Counted from the stretch's first letter, positions 1-7,777 are shown. The stretch is 64,000 nucleotides of DNA from Flavobacterium sp. (GCF_965277525.1 NZ_CBDIDC010000011.1:687068-751067), one strand, 5' to 3'. Made by a program: numbers and translations. The notes: generated by a model not told the origin, from the sequence alone.

Positions 1-2
1 AC

Positions 3-383
3 ACATGGATTCAAGGTCCGAATGGAGAAAAAATTACTAATGTAGATGAATTAAATGTAATTTTAAGTAAATACAGTTCTCAATGGAGAGATTTTTATAA
101 AAGTAAAAATGGAAAATTGACATTAGTGATAAAGGGTTGTAATGCAGGGAATGAAGAAGGTGGAGATGGAATAACAAACAAATTAAATGTTGGCAAAAAT
201 TTTACCTACGATAAAAAAGGTCTTACAATAATTGCTGCTAGTGGATTTTACCTAACTTCTCCTAATTTTTTAAGTAGGGTAGGTATCGATTTTGAAGTTG
301 GGGTTAGTAGGTCAAGTTTATTTACCGATGGCACATGGAATGTATATTATAACGGTACTTTAATAAATAAATTTAATGATTAA
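3..383 (+). CDS. 3' end of a larger ORF entering from the left window edge; probable C-terminal toxin domain of a polymorphic toxin
   Basis: The frame of the 117..383 ORF stays open back to nt 3 (TWIQGPNGEKITNVDELNV...), with stop TAA at 381-383. A lipoprotein gene starts 5 nt later, the toxin-immunity layout seen repeatedly further right. No catalytic motif recognised. Confidence 0.4.
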   Translation, partial: TWIQGPNGEKITNVDELNVILSKYSSQWRDFYKSKNGKLTLVIKGCNAGNEEGGDGITNKLNVGKNFTYDKKGLTIIAASGFYLTSPNFLSRVGIDFEVGVSRSSLFTDGTWNVYYNGTLINKFND

Positions 384-388
384 TTAAA

Positions 389-811
389 ATGAAAATAAAA
401 AAGTTATTTAGTTGTGTTTTACTAATTACATTATTTAGCTCATGTAATGATGGAATCTTGAAGGATTCTGAAGTCAAAGAAGCGAAAGCAATTATTATAA
501 AATCTGGAGATAAAAATTTGTATGCAAGTTTATGTATTTACTATTATGAGAAAGGAGAATATGAATCGACACTTCCTTATTCCATGATTATGGCTTATAA
601 ATATAATGATAAGGATGCATACTATAATATTTATAAAGTTATTGTCCAAATTAATAGTAATGGAAATTCAGATTATAAAGCTGTTAAAAAATTAGATAAA
701 AACAGTAAAGAGTTTGCATTGGAGAATTTGACTAAAAGTGCTAATTTAGGTAGTATTAGTGCAAAAAAGGATTTAGAGAAGTACAATTTAAAAGAAAATA
801 TTAAACAATAG
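389..811 (+). CDS. small lipoprotein, putative immunity protein for the upstream toxin domain
   Basis: N-terminal signal peptide ending in a lipobox-like LFSSC. Tightly coupled to the upstream ORF and followed by a terminator hairpin. Confidence 0.5.
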   Translation: MKIKKLFSCVLLITLFSSCNDGILKDSEVKEAKAIIIKSGDKNLYASLCIYYYEKGEYESTLPYSMIMAYKYNDKDAYYNIYKVIVQINSNGNSDYKAVKKLDKNSKEFALENLTKSANLGSISAKKDLEKYNLKENIKQ

Positions 812-830
812 AAATTAAATAAAAATACCT

Positions 831-866
831 AAAAGCCACTTCATTATTACGGAGTGGCTTTTGGAT
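831..866 (+). terminator. rho-independent terminator
   Basis: aaaagccact (831-840) pairs perfectly with agtggctttt (853-862), with a 12-nt loop and a T-rich tail. Confidence 0.6.
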
Positions 867-960
867 TTTATGAAGTTGCTACATGTTTAGCGAAACAATC
901 TTTGAATTATCAATATTCCCAACCTCTGTCGAGTTTGCCAGTATGAAAATCTTCACTAGC

Positions 961-1058
961 ATTAATTTCCTTGAAAACTAGAGCATTTCCAAACTTTTCA
1001 TTATTCTCTGGAAGAGTTCTTCAAAGGAATTGATATTCCTAACTCAAAAAGAAAGTAA
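961..1058 (+). pseudogene. decayed 3' remnant of an XRE-family HTH gene, a paralog of 10100..10363
   Basis: 975-1058 translates to KLEHFQTFHYSLEEFFKGIDIPNSKRK*, matching ...KICRVLEISLEEFFKGIDLPKSKIKS* of the intact gene. Upstream similarity (INFLEN vs ANFELK) lies in another frame and is broken by stops. Confidence 0.5.
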
Positions 1059-1077
1059 TAATCAATCATATAAATAA

Positions 1078-1114
1078 ATATGCGTCGATCCTGCGGAGCA
1101 GGATTAACGCATAT
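1078..1114 (-). terminator. terminator hairpin downstream of the 1119..2753 gene
   Basis: Nested perfect stems: atatgcgt/acgcatat (1078-1085 / 1107-1114) and atcctgc/gcaggat (1088-1094 / 1098-1104). It lies immediately after the minus-strand stop codon, with a T-rich run on the minus strand. Confidence 0.55.
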
Positions 1115-1118
1115 CTAA

Positions 1119-2753
1119 CTATTTAAGGTTTATCAAATTTTTTAATTTGGAAATTATTGATGCTGTTATCGGCACTCCTTCATAATCAATATACTTTTGC
1201 TGAGTATTCTGTCTATTGAAATAATCCATAAGTTTAGCCATTTCTACGTTTGAGTTATTAATGCCAGAAATGATTTTCAAAATATCTTCAACGTCAAACG
1301 ATAATAGTGGTAATATTTCATACAAGCTTACAATTTCATCCAGCGCATATTTTGGCAATTCCACCGCTACAAGTTCTGGTATCATTTCAACCAAATCCGC
1401 ATCCGTTTCCAATGTCAATGCATCAACCTTAACATTGGTCTTTACACCATGCTCTAATATAATGCGGTTCATGGTCTCAACTACCAAAGCTTCATCCTTG
1501 TCTTCACAAAGCAAAGCATCATATACGTAAAGTACAGAAACGCCTTTAGCGTTCAAATCTCTGATTACATTGCTCATGACACTCACTTCAACGCCAAACA
1601 TCTTTTGAGAGGTAATCTTATGACCGTGTTCGTTTTTATCTCTGTAAATCCTTACCAGCATATCAGTTTCGCATCTTGAATAGTATTCAAAAAGCGGAGA
1701 TTTTCTCATGTCATCCCATTTCATATTGAAAAAACTTAAGTGCTCAACCTTAACTTTTTTGAGCTCAATGTTTGCTTGTTCCGCTACTAATCCGTGTGTG
1801 AGGTAAGTGAGTGAACCATTATACAGCTTGATGGCAATATTGGGATGCAGTGCGCTGTAATCGCATTCTGTAAGCTTTTTACCGTCAATGGTAATCTGCT
1901 CTCGTATCCAAGCTGGCATCAAGGTAAAGCTATCCACGACACGACCACCGCTGTGCATGTCGCCAGCACTTGGAATCATAAAGCCACGAGAAGTCAGGAA
2001 CTCAAAGAGCCTGATATTGTCCTCAACAAAGCTCATGTTATCAGCATCTATCCAGTAATCATTTAGATGCTTGTTTCTCATTGTCAGGATTTTGCCCTTT
2101 TTGGTACAGCGACCCTCCTTGACCAATTGTTTGCCAATAGCCAGCAGTTCTGAGCTGGTTGGCAAATCAATCTTTGGATACATTGCAATGAGGTTCGAGC
2201 AGATTGGATTCTGAAAAGCCTCATGTAACTGCTTATAATACATCTTATTGCGAGTACGGATAATTCCTGTATCCTTGATGAAGTACTCGACCAGACCCGC
2301 TTTGAGATAAGTCTGGGTCAATCTAAACTTTTTGGACTGCACGCCAGCTTGATAGCTGTTATCAACTTCAACAAATGCGCCTTTTATTGTTCCAGCAGTA
2401 AGCACATCAATTATTTTAGTATAGATAAAGGTATTGTCAGTATTTCGGCTTTGCTCATGCAGTAAAACTGAATTAAGCGGTTTCCATTTGGAATCTGTAT
2501 AGTAGGTGCTTGCCAGATTAGAAAGGAACACCAGACACTTTTCCACTGCTGTATCAATATTAGGGTCAACAGCTTTAAGCATGGCTTTAGAAACGTATTT
2601 TCGCAGGTTGTACTGGGCTTTCTTTGGTATTAGGATAGAATTTACGTTGGGGAAACGCAGTGCTGATTCTGACAGCTTGTAATCGTTTTGGAGCAATTCT
2701 AAGTCTCCAGTATCGCCAGTAAAGGCAATGTAATCTTCATTTTTGAGGTTCAT
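1119..2753 (-). CDS. 544-aa hypothetical protein with right-hand polymerase palm-like motifs (family A/B DNA-polymerase-like); function unproven
   Basis: Long uninterrupted ORF. Ordered motifs are SGGRVVD (aa 268-274), CDYSALHPNI (297-306), KVEHLSFFN (336-344) and LYVYDALL (408-415). These resemble GGxV / DxxSLYPSI (or DYSQIELR) / KxxxNSxYG / DTDS (or VHDE). Confidence 0.4.
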   Translation of the reverse strand: MNLKNEDYIAFTGDTGDLELLQNDYKLSESALRFPNVNSILIPKKAQYNLRKYVSKAMLKAVDPNIDTAVEKCLVFLSNLASTYYTDSKWKPLNSVLLHEQSRNTDNTFIYTKIIDVLTAGTIKGAFVEVDNSYQAGVQSKKFRLTQTYLKAGLVEYFIKDTGIIRTRNKMYYKQLHEAFQNPICSNLIAMYPKIDLPTSSELLAIGKQLVKEGRCTKKGKILTMRNKHLNDYWIDADNMSFVEDNIRLFEFLTSRGFMIPSAGDMHSGGRVVDSFTLMPAWIREQITIDGKKLTECDYSALHPNIAIKLYNGSLTYLTHGLVAEQANIELKKVKVEHLSFFNMKWDDMRKSPLFEYYSRCETDMLVRIYRDKNEHGHKITSQKMFGVEVSVMSNVIRDLNAKGVSVLYVYDALLCEDKDEALVVETMNRIILEHGVKTNVKVDALTLETDADLVEMIPELVAVELPKYALDEIVSLYEILPLLSFDVEDILKIISGINNSNVEMAKLMDYFNRQNTQQKYIDYEGVPITASIISKLKNLINLK

Positions 2754-2776
2754 TGTGATATTCTCTTATTCTCTTT

Positions 2777-2851
2777 CCATCACTTGGATGGATTATTGTC
2801 TCTTAGATTGGCTTGGTAAGAGAAGCTGGGGCATGACTCCCAGCAACCAAG
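2777..2851 (-). promoter_or_regulatory. structured 5' leader of the polymerase-like gene (two stem-loops)
   Basis: ccatc/gatgg (2777-2781 / 2787-2791). A nested hairpin has cttggt/accaag (2812-2817 / 2846-2851) enclosing gctggg/cccagc (2825-2830 / 2839-2844). Both lie between the ATG (2753) and an AT-rich promoter-like stretch. Confidence 0.35.
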
Positions 2852-3045
2852 GTTTTAATGAGTTGTACTCTCAATTATTGCTTTTCATAAATATACTTCA
2901 AATCAAAAATTAGTCAAGAGTTTTGGATACCTAATTTTATAAAATAGTTGATATTAATTTGGTGTTCCACATTTACAATAGCGCAAACTGCGCATACTAC
3001 TATATAGCACAATATCCTTGTATCCCTTATTATTACTGGTATTAT

Positions 3046-3148
3046 ATAGAGATTATTCTATTATATATTTAAGTAACATATATGATAGAGGATGAAGAGA
3101 TATAGAAAGAAATAGATAAATTAATAAATAAATAGATAGATATATAGA
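3046..3148. repeat. AT-rich tract with 7 copies of ATAGA; candidate iteron or replication-origin region
   Basis: ATAGA starts at 3046, 3085, 3102, 3112, 3132, 3136 and 3144, inside an almost G/C-free stretch of the 1.1 kb non-coding region. Confidence 0.45.
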
Positions 3149-3442
3149 TTAAGAAAGTAATTTACTAATACATTACTATAGTACTATACTTGTATACGTA
3201 GTCCTTTATGTTCCTAAAACACTGTTATAAACCTCCCAAATTGCAACACACGAGCACGTAAGCGTTAACAACGCTTTGAAAGGGAATAATCTGCCTCAAC
3301 AGACCACCCCATGGTCGCGGAGCCCTTCCCACCCCTGTAAACACTAAGTTTTAGAGCCTAGTTACCGCCGAGTAAACATTCCAAAAGTGTACTTCTAGCC
3401 ACCCGTAGCTCTGATATGTCCGTAAACTGCGCTGGCAAAAAT

Positions 3443-3486
3443 TCAGAAAAAAAATTTCTGAGGGAAAAATGGGAAAAAATTTCTGA
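3443..3486. repeat. A/T-tract repeats: palindrome tcagaaa-N5-tttctga plus a direct repeat of aaaatttctga
   Basis: aaaatttctga occurs at 3451-3461 and 3476-3486. tcagaaa (3443-3449) is the inverted complement of tttctga (3455-3461). Confidence 0.5.
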
Positions 3487-3537
3487 AAAAAAATCTCGGA
3501 TTCAATTTTTAGACCATATTTATAGTAAAAAGAGACC

Positions 3538-3684
3538 ATGAGAATAATAATAAGCTTATCCCAATTAAAACAAGTACTTAAGACCCAAAAAGTCAGATAC
3601 CCGCTATCATTCAAAGCTGGCAATTTCACGGGAAAGGAACTTGAAGAGTTTTCACGATTGATACAATCCAAGGAACGAGGCTAA
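3538..3684 (+). CDS. 48-aa small ORF (MRIIISLSQLKQVLKTQKVRYPLSFKAGNFTGKELEEFSRLIQSKERG), not in the ORF track; possible small DNA-binding or excisionase-like protein
   Basis: ATG at 3538 and TAA at 3682-3684. The stop is embedded in a strong terminator hairpin. The gene sits directly upstream of the recombinase genes on the same strand. Function is a guess. Confidence 0.3.
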   Translation: MRIIISLSQLKQVLKTQKVRYPLSFKAGNFTGKELEEFSRLIQSKERG

Positions 3685-3698
3685 AACCTCGTTTTTTT
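3674..3698 (+). terminator. rho-independent terminator
   Basis: aacgagg (3674-3680) pairs with cctcgtt (3687-3693) and is followed by a T7 run. Confidence 0.6.
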
Positions 3699-3887
3699 GT
3701 GCTCCTCAAATTCAAAAGTCTGTGAGCCCAGGAAAACCAGGATTTTTCTTGTTTAATCCAAAATAGACCTGGACATTTGTTTCACTTTCTACTAAACCTG
3801 AAAGTAACTCTGTAAACCCAATAAAATCAATGGTTTACATCAACTAGAAAAACAACCCGTTTCAGATACATATATTAAGGTATAAAA

Positions 3888-4484
3888 GTGAAACTTAAAT
3901 CAAGCAAAATGGCATTAAAAGGACAAAAGACAACGAGTGATTTTTTAGAGTGGGACAAGATGCAGACTATCGTTTTGAAACTGGAGCGTGATAATGATTT
4001 GAAATTTGCGCTACTTATTGCAACGGGTTCTTACATTGGTCTTAGAATTTCAGACCTGCTTCAACTTAGATGGAATCAGGTTTTGAATCAGGATTATTTC
4101 ACGATTATCGAGAAGAAAACCAAGAAGACCCGCAAAATAACCATCAACCCAGAATTACAGATTATCCTGAACCGTTTGTTTGTTCAGCTCCAAGCCAATG
4201 AAAATGACTTGATGTTTGTGAACCGATTTGGCGATAAGCCGTTCAGTATCCAATATGTGAACAGCAAACTCAAAGACATTTTTGCTAAATACAAGGTAAG
4301 AGGTCAGTACTCCAGCCACTTTATGCGCAAAACACTTGGACGCAGAGTTTGGGAAGTGAACAAGTACAGTGACCAAGCATTATTGTTATTATCTCAACTA
4401 TTTAACCATTCTAGTGTTTCTACAACAAAAATTTACTTGGGTATTAGAGAGCAGGAAATCAGTAACTTATATCTTAGCGTGTAA
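3888..4484 (+). CDS. minimal tyrosine recombinase (catalytic domain only, 198 aa)
   Basis: The full catalytic set is visible: GLRISDL (Arg I), HFMRKT (HxxR), FNHSS (His) and TTKIYLG (Tyr). Only ~45 aa precede the catalytic domain. GTG start. Confidence 0.7.
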   Translation: MKLKSSKMALKGQKTTSDFLEWDKMQTIVLKLERDNDLKFALLIATGSYIGLRISDLLQLRWNQVLNQDYFTIIEKKTKKTRKITINPELQIILNRLFVQLQANENDLMFVNRFGDKPFSIQYVNSKLKDIFAKYKVRGQYSSHFMRKTLGRRVWEVNKYSDQALLLLSQLFNHSSVSTTKIYLGIREQEISNLYLSV

Positions 4485-4546
4485 AATATAGTGTTGTATT
4501 TGCGTAAATAAAGTGAAAATATCTTGTGTAATTGAAAAATATTTGT

Positions 4547-4554
4547 TACATTTG
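4547..4554 (+). promoter_or_regulatory. Bacteroidota-type -7 box (TAcaTTTG) for the 4581 gene
   Basis: tacatttg lies 27 nt upstream of the ATG, with a TTG at 4524-4526 at about the expected -33 spacing. Confidence 0.3.
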
Positions 4555-4580
4555 CAGTGTAGAATTGAAAATACAACAAT

Positions 4581-5324
4581 ATGGATACTCAACTTAAGAA
4601 TTGGACAAGCAAAGCTTTAGTGTTTTTTGGAATGTGGCTCTGGAGAGAAAAGGAATATGGGCATGCGATGTTGTGTTTGCACGGTCCGCAATTGGGATTA
4701 AAAATAGGAACCCAATTAAATATTACTTGGAACGATGTAATTAATACCGAAGATGGCTTACGCCAAAATGAAGTAAACTTAAGGGATAAAGAAGCACATG
4801 TTCGAGATATTAGTAATTTCTTTGGGCAATTACTTGAGATGGCATACTATGAGCTATCAATAGAGTCATTAATTAAATCTGCTGATGATTCTATTTATTT
4901 GAATTACAAGACTGGAAAGCCATTGACCTCTTCAACCCTTAATCGTGAATTACAGGCTCATGTCAAAAGATTTGAATCTGAAATCAAAAACAGGACAGGT
5001 CTTATATTGGATTATAAGCCGTTAAAAACAAATGCTTTCGAGATAGCTTGGGCAATGGACATGGTCAAAAAATATAACTATTCCAAACAGGTTTTCATTG
5101 CTGTATCAAATTTTATGGGACATAGGACTTTGAAAGATACCATACAGCTATTGGAACTAGAACCTGTCGAAAAAATTGAATTTGATTTTGATAATGTGTC
5201 TGACATACGTGAATTTGTTGATTTCAATACGTTCGACTTCAGAAAAAACTTAAAGAAATTTCTGGATTTCAAAGGCTATATTGACACAGATGGTCAATGG
5301 TACATACCACAATACTTAAAATAA
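4581..5324 (+). CDS. integrase-like protein with degenerate catalytic residues (probable inactive recombinase paralog)
   Basis: GLKIGTQLNITWNDV aligns with the GLRIsDLlxLxWxxV box, but Lys replaces Arg I. MGHRTLKDTIQLL resembles the LGHxxxxTTxxY box but has no Tyr. No HxxR is seen. Confidence 0.4.
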   Translation: MDTQLKNWTSKALVFFGMWLWREKEYGHAMLCLHGPQLGLKIGTQLNITWNDVINTEDGLRQNEVNLRDKEAHVRDISNFFGQLLEMAYYELSIESLIKSADDSIYLNYKTGKPLTSSTLNRELQAHVKRFESEIKNRTGLILDYKPLKTNAFEIAWAMDMVKKYNYSKQVFIAVSNFMGHRTLKDTIQLLELEPVEKIEFDFDNVSDIREFVDFNTFDFRKNLKKFLDFKGYIDTDGQWYIPQYLK

Positions 5325-5419
5325 ATTAGTTTTTTTTAACGGATTATTTATTCGGTGCAATACCCGAAGCAGGATTCTTATGCCCAAAAATTACGTGTTT
5401 AACCCAAAAATTAAAGCTT

Positions 5420-5983
5420 ATGCAAAACTTAGAATCGCTGTTCAAGTCTTTTGAAACTGGTATCAGGAGCGTAAAAGCGACCAAGCCGAAAGACTATCTC
5501 AATAAGATAGGTCTGGATTATGCGGAACTGAGAATAGGCTTTAATTCAGGACAGTTTCATCACAATAAAAGCCAAGGAGTCAAAGATGATTTTGAAGCTT
5601 TGGGAGTGCTTAAAAAGAGCGATGCGGGTGTAAGAAAGGAAGACCTGACAGCTTATACCGTTTTTGGAAGATACGGACTGATTTTTCCATTGTTGAGTAA
5701 GAAAAACGAGATTGTAAACTATTTCGCTTTACGGTTTGATTTGGATGCCCCTAAGGAAGAATACCTCAACAGCGAAGGCATTTATCCAGCTTATCCAAAT
5801 CCTCTGACTAAAAGGCTCTATATCGTGCCGACAGTTATTGACTGTGCAAGCCTGATGCAGTCCAAAGCACTGGAGAATAGGGATGCCGTGATTGCACTGC
5901 ACGACGGAGCGTTACTGCCTCAGCATCTGGAAGCTATTAAAACCCTGCACGAATTGGAAGAAATAATAATCATTAAACGTTAA
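5420..5983 (+). CDS. Toprim-like (degenerate) domain protein, possible primase-associated subunit
   Basis: The C-terminal LYIVPTVIDCASL ... AVIALHDGALLPQHLEAI resembles the Toprim E...DxD strand pattern, with the acidic residues partly replaced. A 4-nt gap separates it from the downstream P-loop gene. Confidence 0.3.
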   Translation: MQNLESLFKSFETGIRSVKATKPKDYLNKIGLDYAELRIGFNSGQFHHNKSQGVKDDFEALGVLKKSDAGVRKEDLTAYTVFGRYGLIFPLLSKKNEIVNYFALRFDLDAPKEEYLNSEGIYPAYPNPLTKRLYIVPTVIDCASLMQSKALENRDAVIALHDGALLPQHLEAIKTLHELEEIIIIKR

Positions 5984-5987
5984 GCAC

Positions 5988-7667
5988 ATGCAAAATATAA
6001 GAACACAAATACAAAATATAAGACCAGAACTGCCCGTAAGCATGATTCAGCTCCCTGAGGGTCACAGCATGAATGATATGTGGATAAACTACGGAACCGA
6101 TGGAATTCTGGAGCTTTTACAGAATCCAGAAGCAGAAAAAGCAGTCCAGTCACTTGAAATTCATAACGATTACAAAATCAGCTATAAAGGAAAAACAGGA
6201 ACATTTTATGCCATTGGAAGTCTGCCGATGGATTTGGGGAACCTTAGAATTTCACTACAGATTGTTGAAAAGGAGAGCCAGAAGAAACATCGAGTGAAAA
6301 TCGACCTGTTTGATTTTACCAGTGTTGAGAACCAATGCAGGGAACTCAGCGAGAAACAAGGTTTTGACGGTAATTTGCTTGAAGCTGATTTGAAGCAATT
6401 CACAGACCTGTTGGAAGACTACAGAGAAATAATCTTCAACGCTGAAATGAACCCCGTAACCGACCAATTTTCAGAAAAGGAACTTACGCCCCAAGCATAT
6501 GAAAAAGCGATAGAATTCCTCTCTAAGCCACGTGTTTTAGAACATGTAGATAAACTGCTGGGACAAAGCGGAATTGTTGGAGAAGAAGACAACAGGCTTT
6601 TATTGTTTGTACTGGCGTCCAGCTACAAAATGCCATATCTGATGCATGGACTCGTACAGGGAAGTTCAGGAGAAGGCAAGTCACACCTCATCAACGCTAT
6701 AGCAGACTGCATGCCACAGGAAGATGTAATGAACATGACCAGAATTACCAGCAAATCGCTTTATCATTACAGAGATAAAGAGCTGATGAACAAACTTATC
6801 ATTGTTCAGGATTTTGACGGATTGGATGAAGAAGCGCAATTTGCATTCAGAGAAATGCAGACAGCTAAGTTTCTGACCAGTTCCACGGTGGTTAAGGATA
6901 TGCAAGGCAATACCAGAGGAAAGATGAAAACGGTACAGTCACATTTTGCCAGTCTTATCGCTACTACAAGAGCAGAGGTCTATTATGACAATATGAGCCG
7001 TTCGGTAATCTTGGGAGTAGATGAGAGTCTGGAGCAGACACTTCGCATCATCAAGGCGCAGAATCTTAAAAACACTGGTCTCAGTAGTACCGAGAGCGAA
7101 CAGCAGGCAAAACAGCTACTTAGAAATTGTATGAGAGTTTTAAAGAGTTATGAAGTGGTTAATCCCTTTGCCGATAAGCTTATGTTACCGCTGGAGGCTA
7201 AAATGCTCCGAAGATTAAACAGCCAGTTTCAAAATTTTGTATCCCAGATAGCCATTTTAAATCAGTATCAACGAAAAAAAGATGATAAAGGAAGACTCAT
7301 CGCTACTGAAGAAGATGTAAGAAAAGCCGTTGAGATATTCTTTAGTTCCATCATTATCAAAGTAGATGAACTCGATAAAAGTACAAGACAGTTTTTTGAA
7401 AATCTCAAAGGATTTGTCAGAAGCCAGCCAAACGGAACAACATACCGATTCACAACCCGTGAGATACGGCAAGAGCTCAATATCAGCAAAACATCGGCTT
7501 TCAAATACATGCAGACCCTGCAGGAATTGGAATATATACAAGCCGTAGAAGGTTCGCCAAACAAAGGTTTTAAGTATGTAATCAGCTACTGGGACAATAT
7601 GGAAAAGCTGAAAGCCAAAATAAAGACAAACATGGCAATGCAGTTAGACCAGTTGAAAATCAGTTAA
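5988..7667 (+). CDS. P-loop NTPase, putative replicative helicase or primase-helicase C-terminal (SF3/D5-like) protein
   Basis: Walker A GSSGEGKS, Walker B LIIVQDFDGLDE, and a C-terminal winged-helix-like tail. This context is typical of plasmid and phage replication modules. Confidence 0.55.
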   Translation: MQNIRTQIQNIRPELPVSMIQLPEGHSMNDMWINYGTDGILELLQNPEAEKAVQSLEIHNDYKISYKGKTGTFYAIGSLPMDLGNLRISLQIVEKESQKKHRVKIDLFDFTSVENQCRELSEKQGFDGNLLEADLKQFTDLLEDYREIIFNAEMNPVTDQFSEKELTPQAYEKAIEFLSKPRVLEHVDKLLGQSGIVGEEDNRLLLFVLASSYKMPYLMHGLVQGSSGEGKSHLINAIADCMPQEDVMNMTRITSKSLYHYRDKELMNKLIIVQDFDGLDEEAQFAFREMQTAKFLTSSTVVKDMQGNTRGKMKTVQSHFASLIATTRAEVYYDNMSRSVILGVDESLEQTLRIIKAQNLKNTGLSSTESEQQAKQLLRNCMRVLKSYEVVNPFADKLMLPLEAKMLRRLNSQFQNFVSQIAILNQYQRKKDDKGRLIATEEDVRKAVEIFFSSIIIKVDELDKSTRQFFENLKGFVRSQPNGTTYRFTTREIRQELNISKTSAFKYMQTLQELEYIQAVEGSPNKGFKYVISYWDNMEKLKAKIKTNMAMQLDQLKIS

Positions 7668-7777
7668 AAGAACACGTGAAGCCCTGTAATTACAATTGAT
7701 ATAACGCCAGTGTTCACAGTTTTGTAAAGTGCGCCTAAGGAACATTTACAGATGATGATTCTAAAACCAGAGAAAAG

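Noticed and set aside
1261-2066. Plus-strand ORFs 1261..1530 and 1845..2066
   Set aside because: They lie entirely antisense inside the long 1119..2753 ORF. Their Ser/Thr-rich, low-complexity translations are typical of shadow frames.
1119-2753. Reverse-transcriptase interpretation of the polymerase-like protein (DYSALHPNI resembles the retron/group II motif D..FFPSI)
   Set aside because: - There is no YxDD box; the sequence reads YVYDA.
- There is no QG..SP motif B, and no adjacent msr/msd-like or intron RNA.
- The upstream GGRV element fits DNA-polymerase families better.
- The possibility is kept open in the finding but not used as the call.
3443-3486. Possible CRISPR-like or tandem repeat array
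   Set aside because: There are only two 11-nt copies plus a palindrome in an A/T tract. There is no regular repeat-spacer structure and there are no cas genes.
3351-3671. Minus-strand 106-aa ORF
   Set aside because: - It spans A/T homopolymer repeats and the GC-rich non-coding block.
- It has an implausible composition.
- It overlaps the better-supported plus-strand 48-aa ORF and its terminator.
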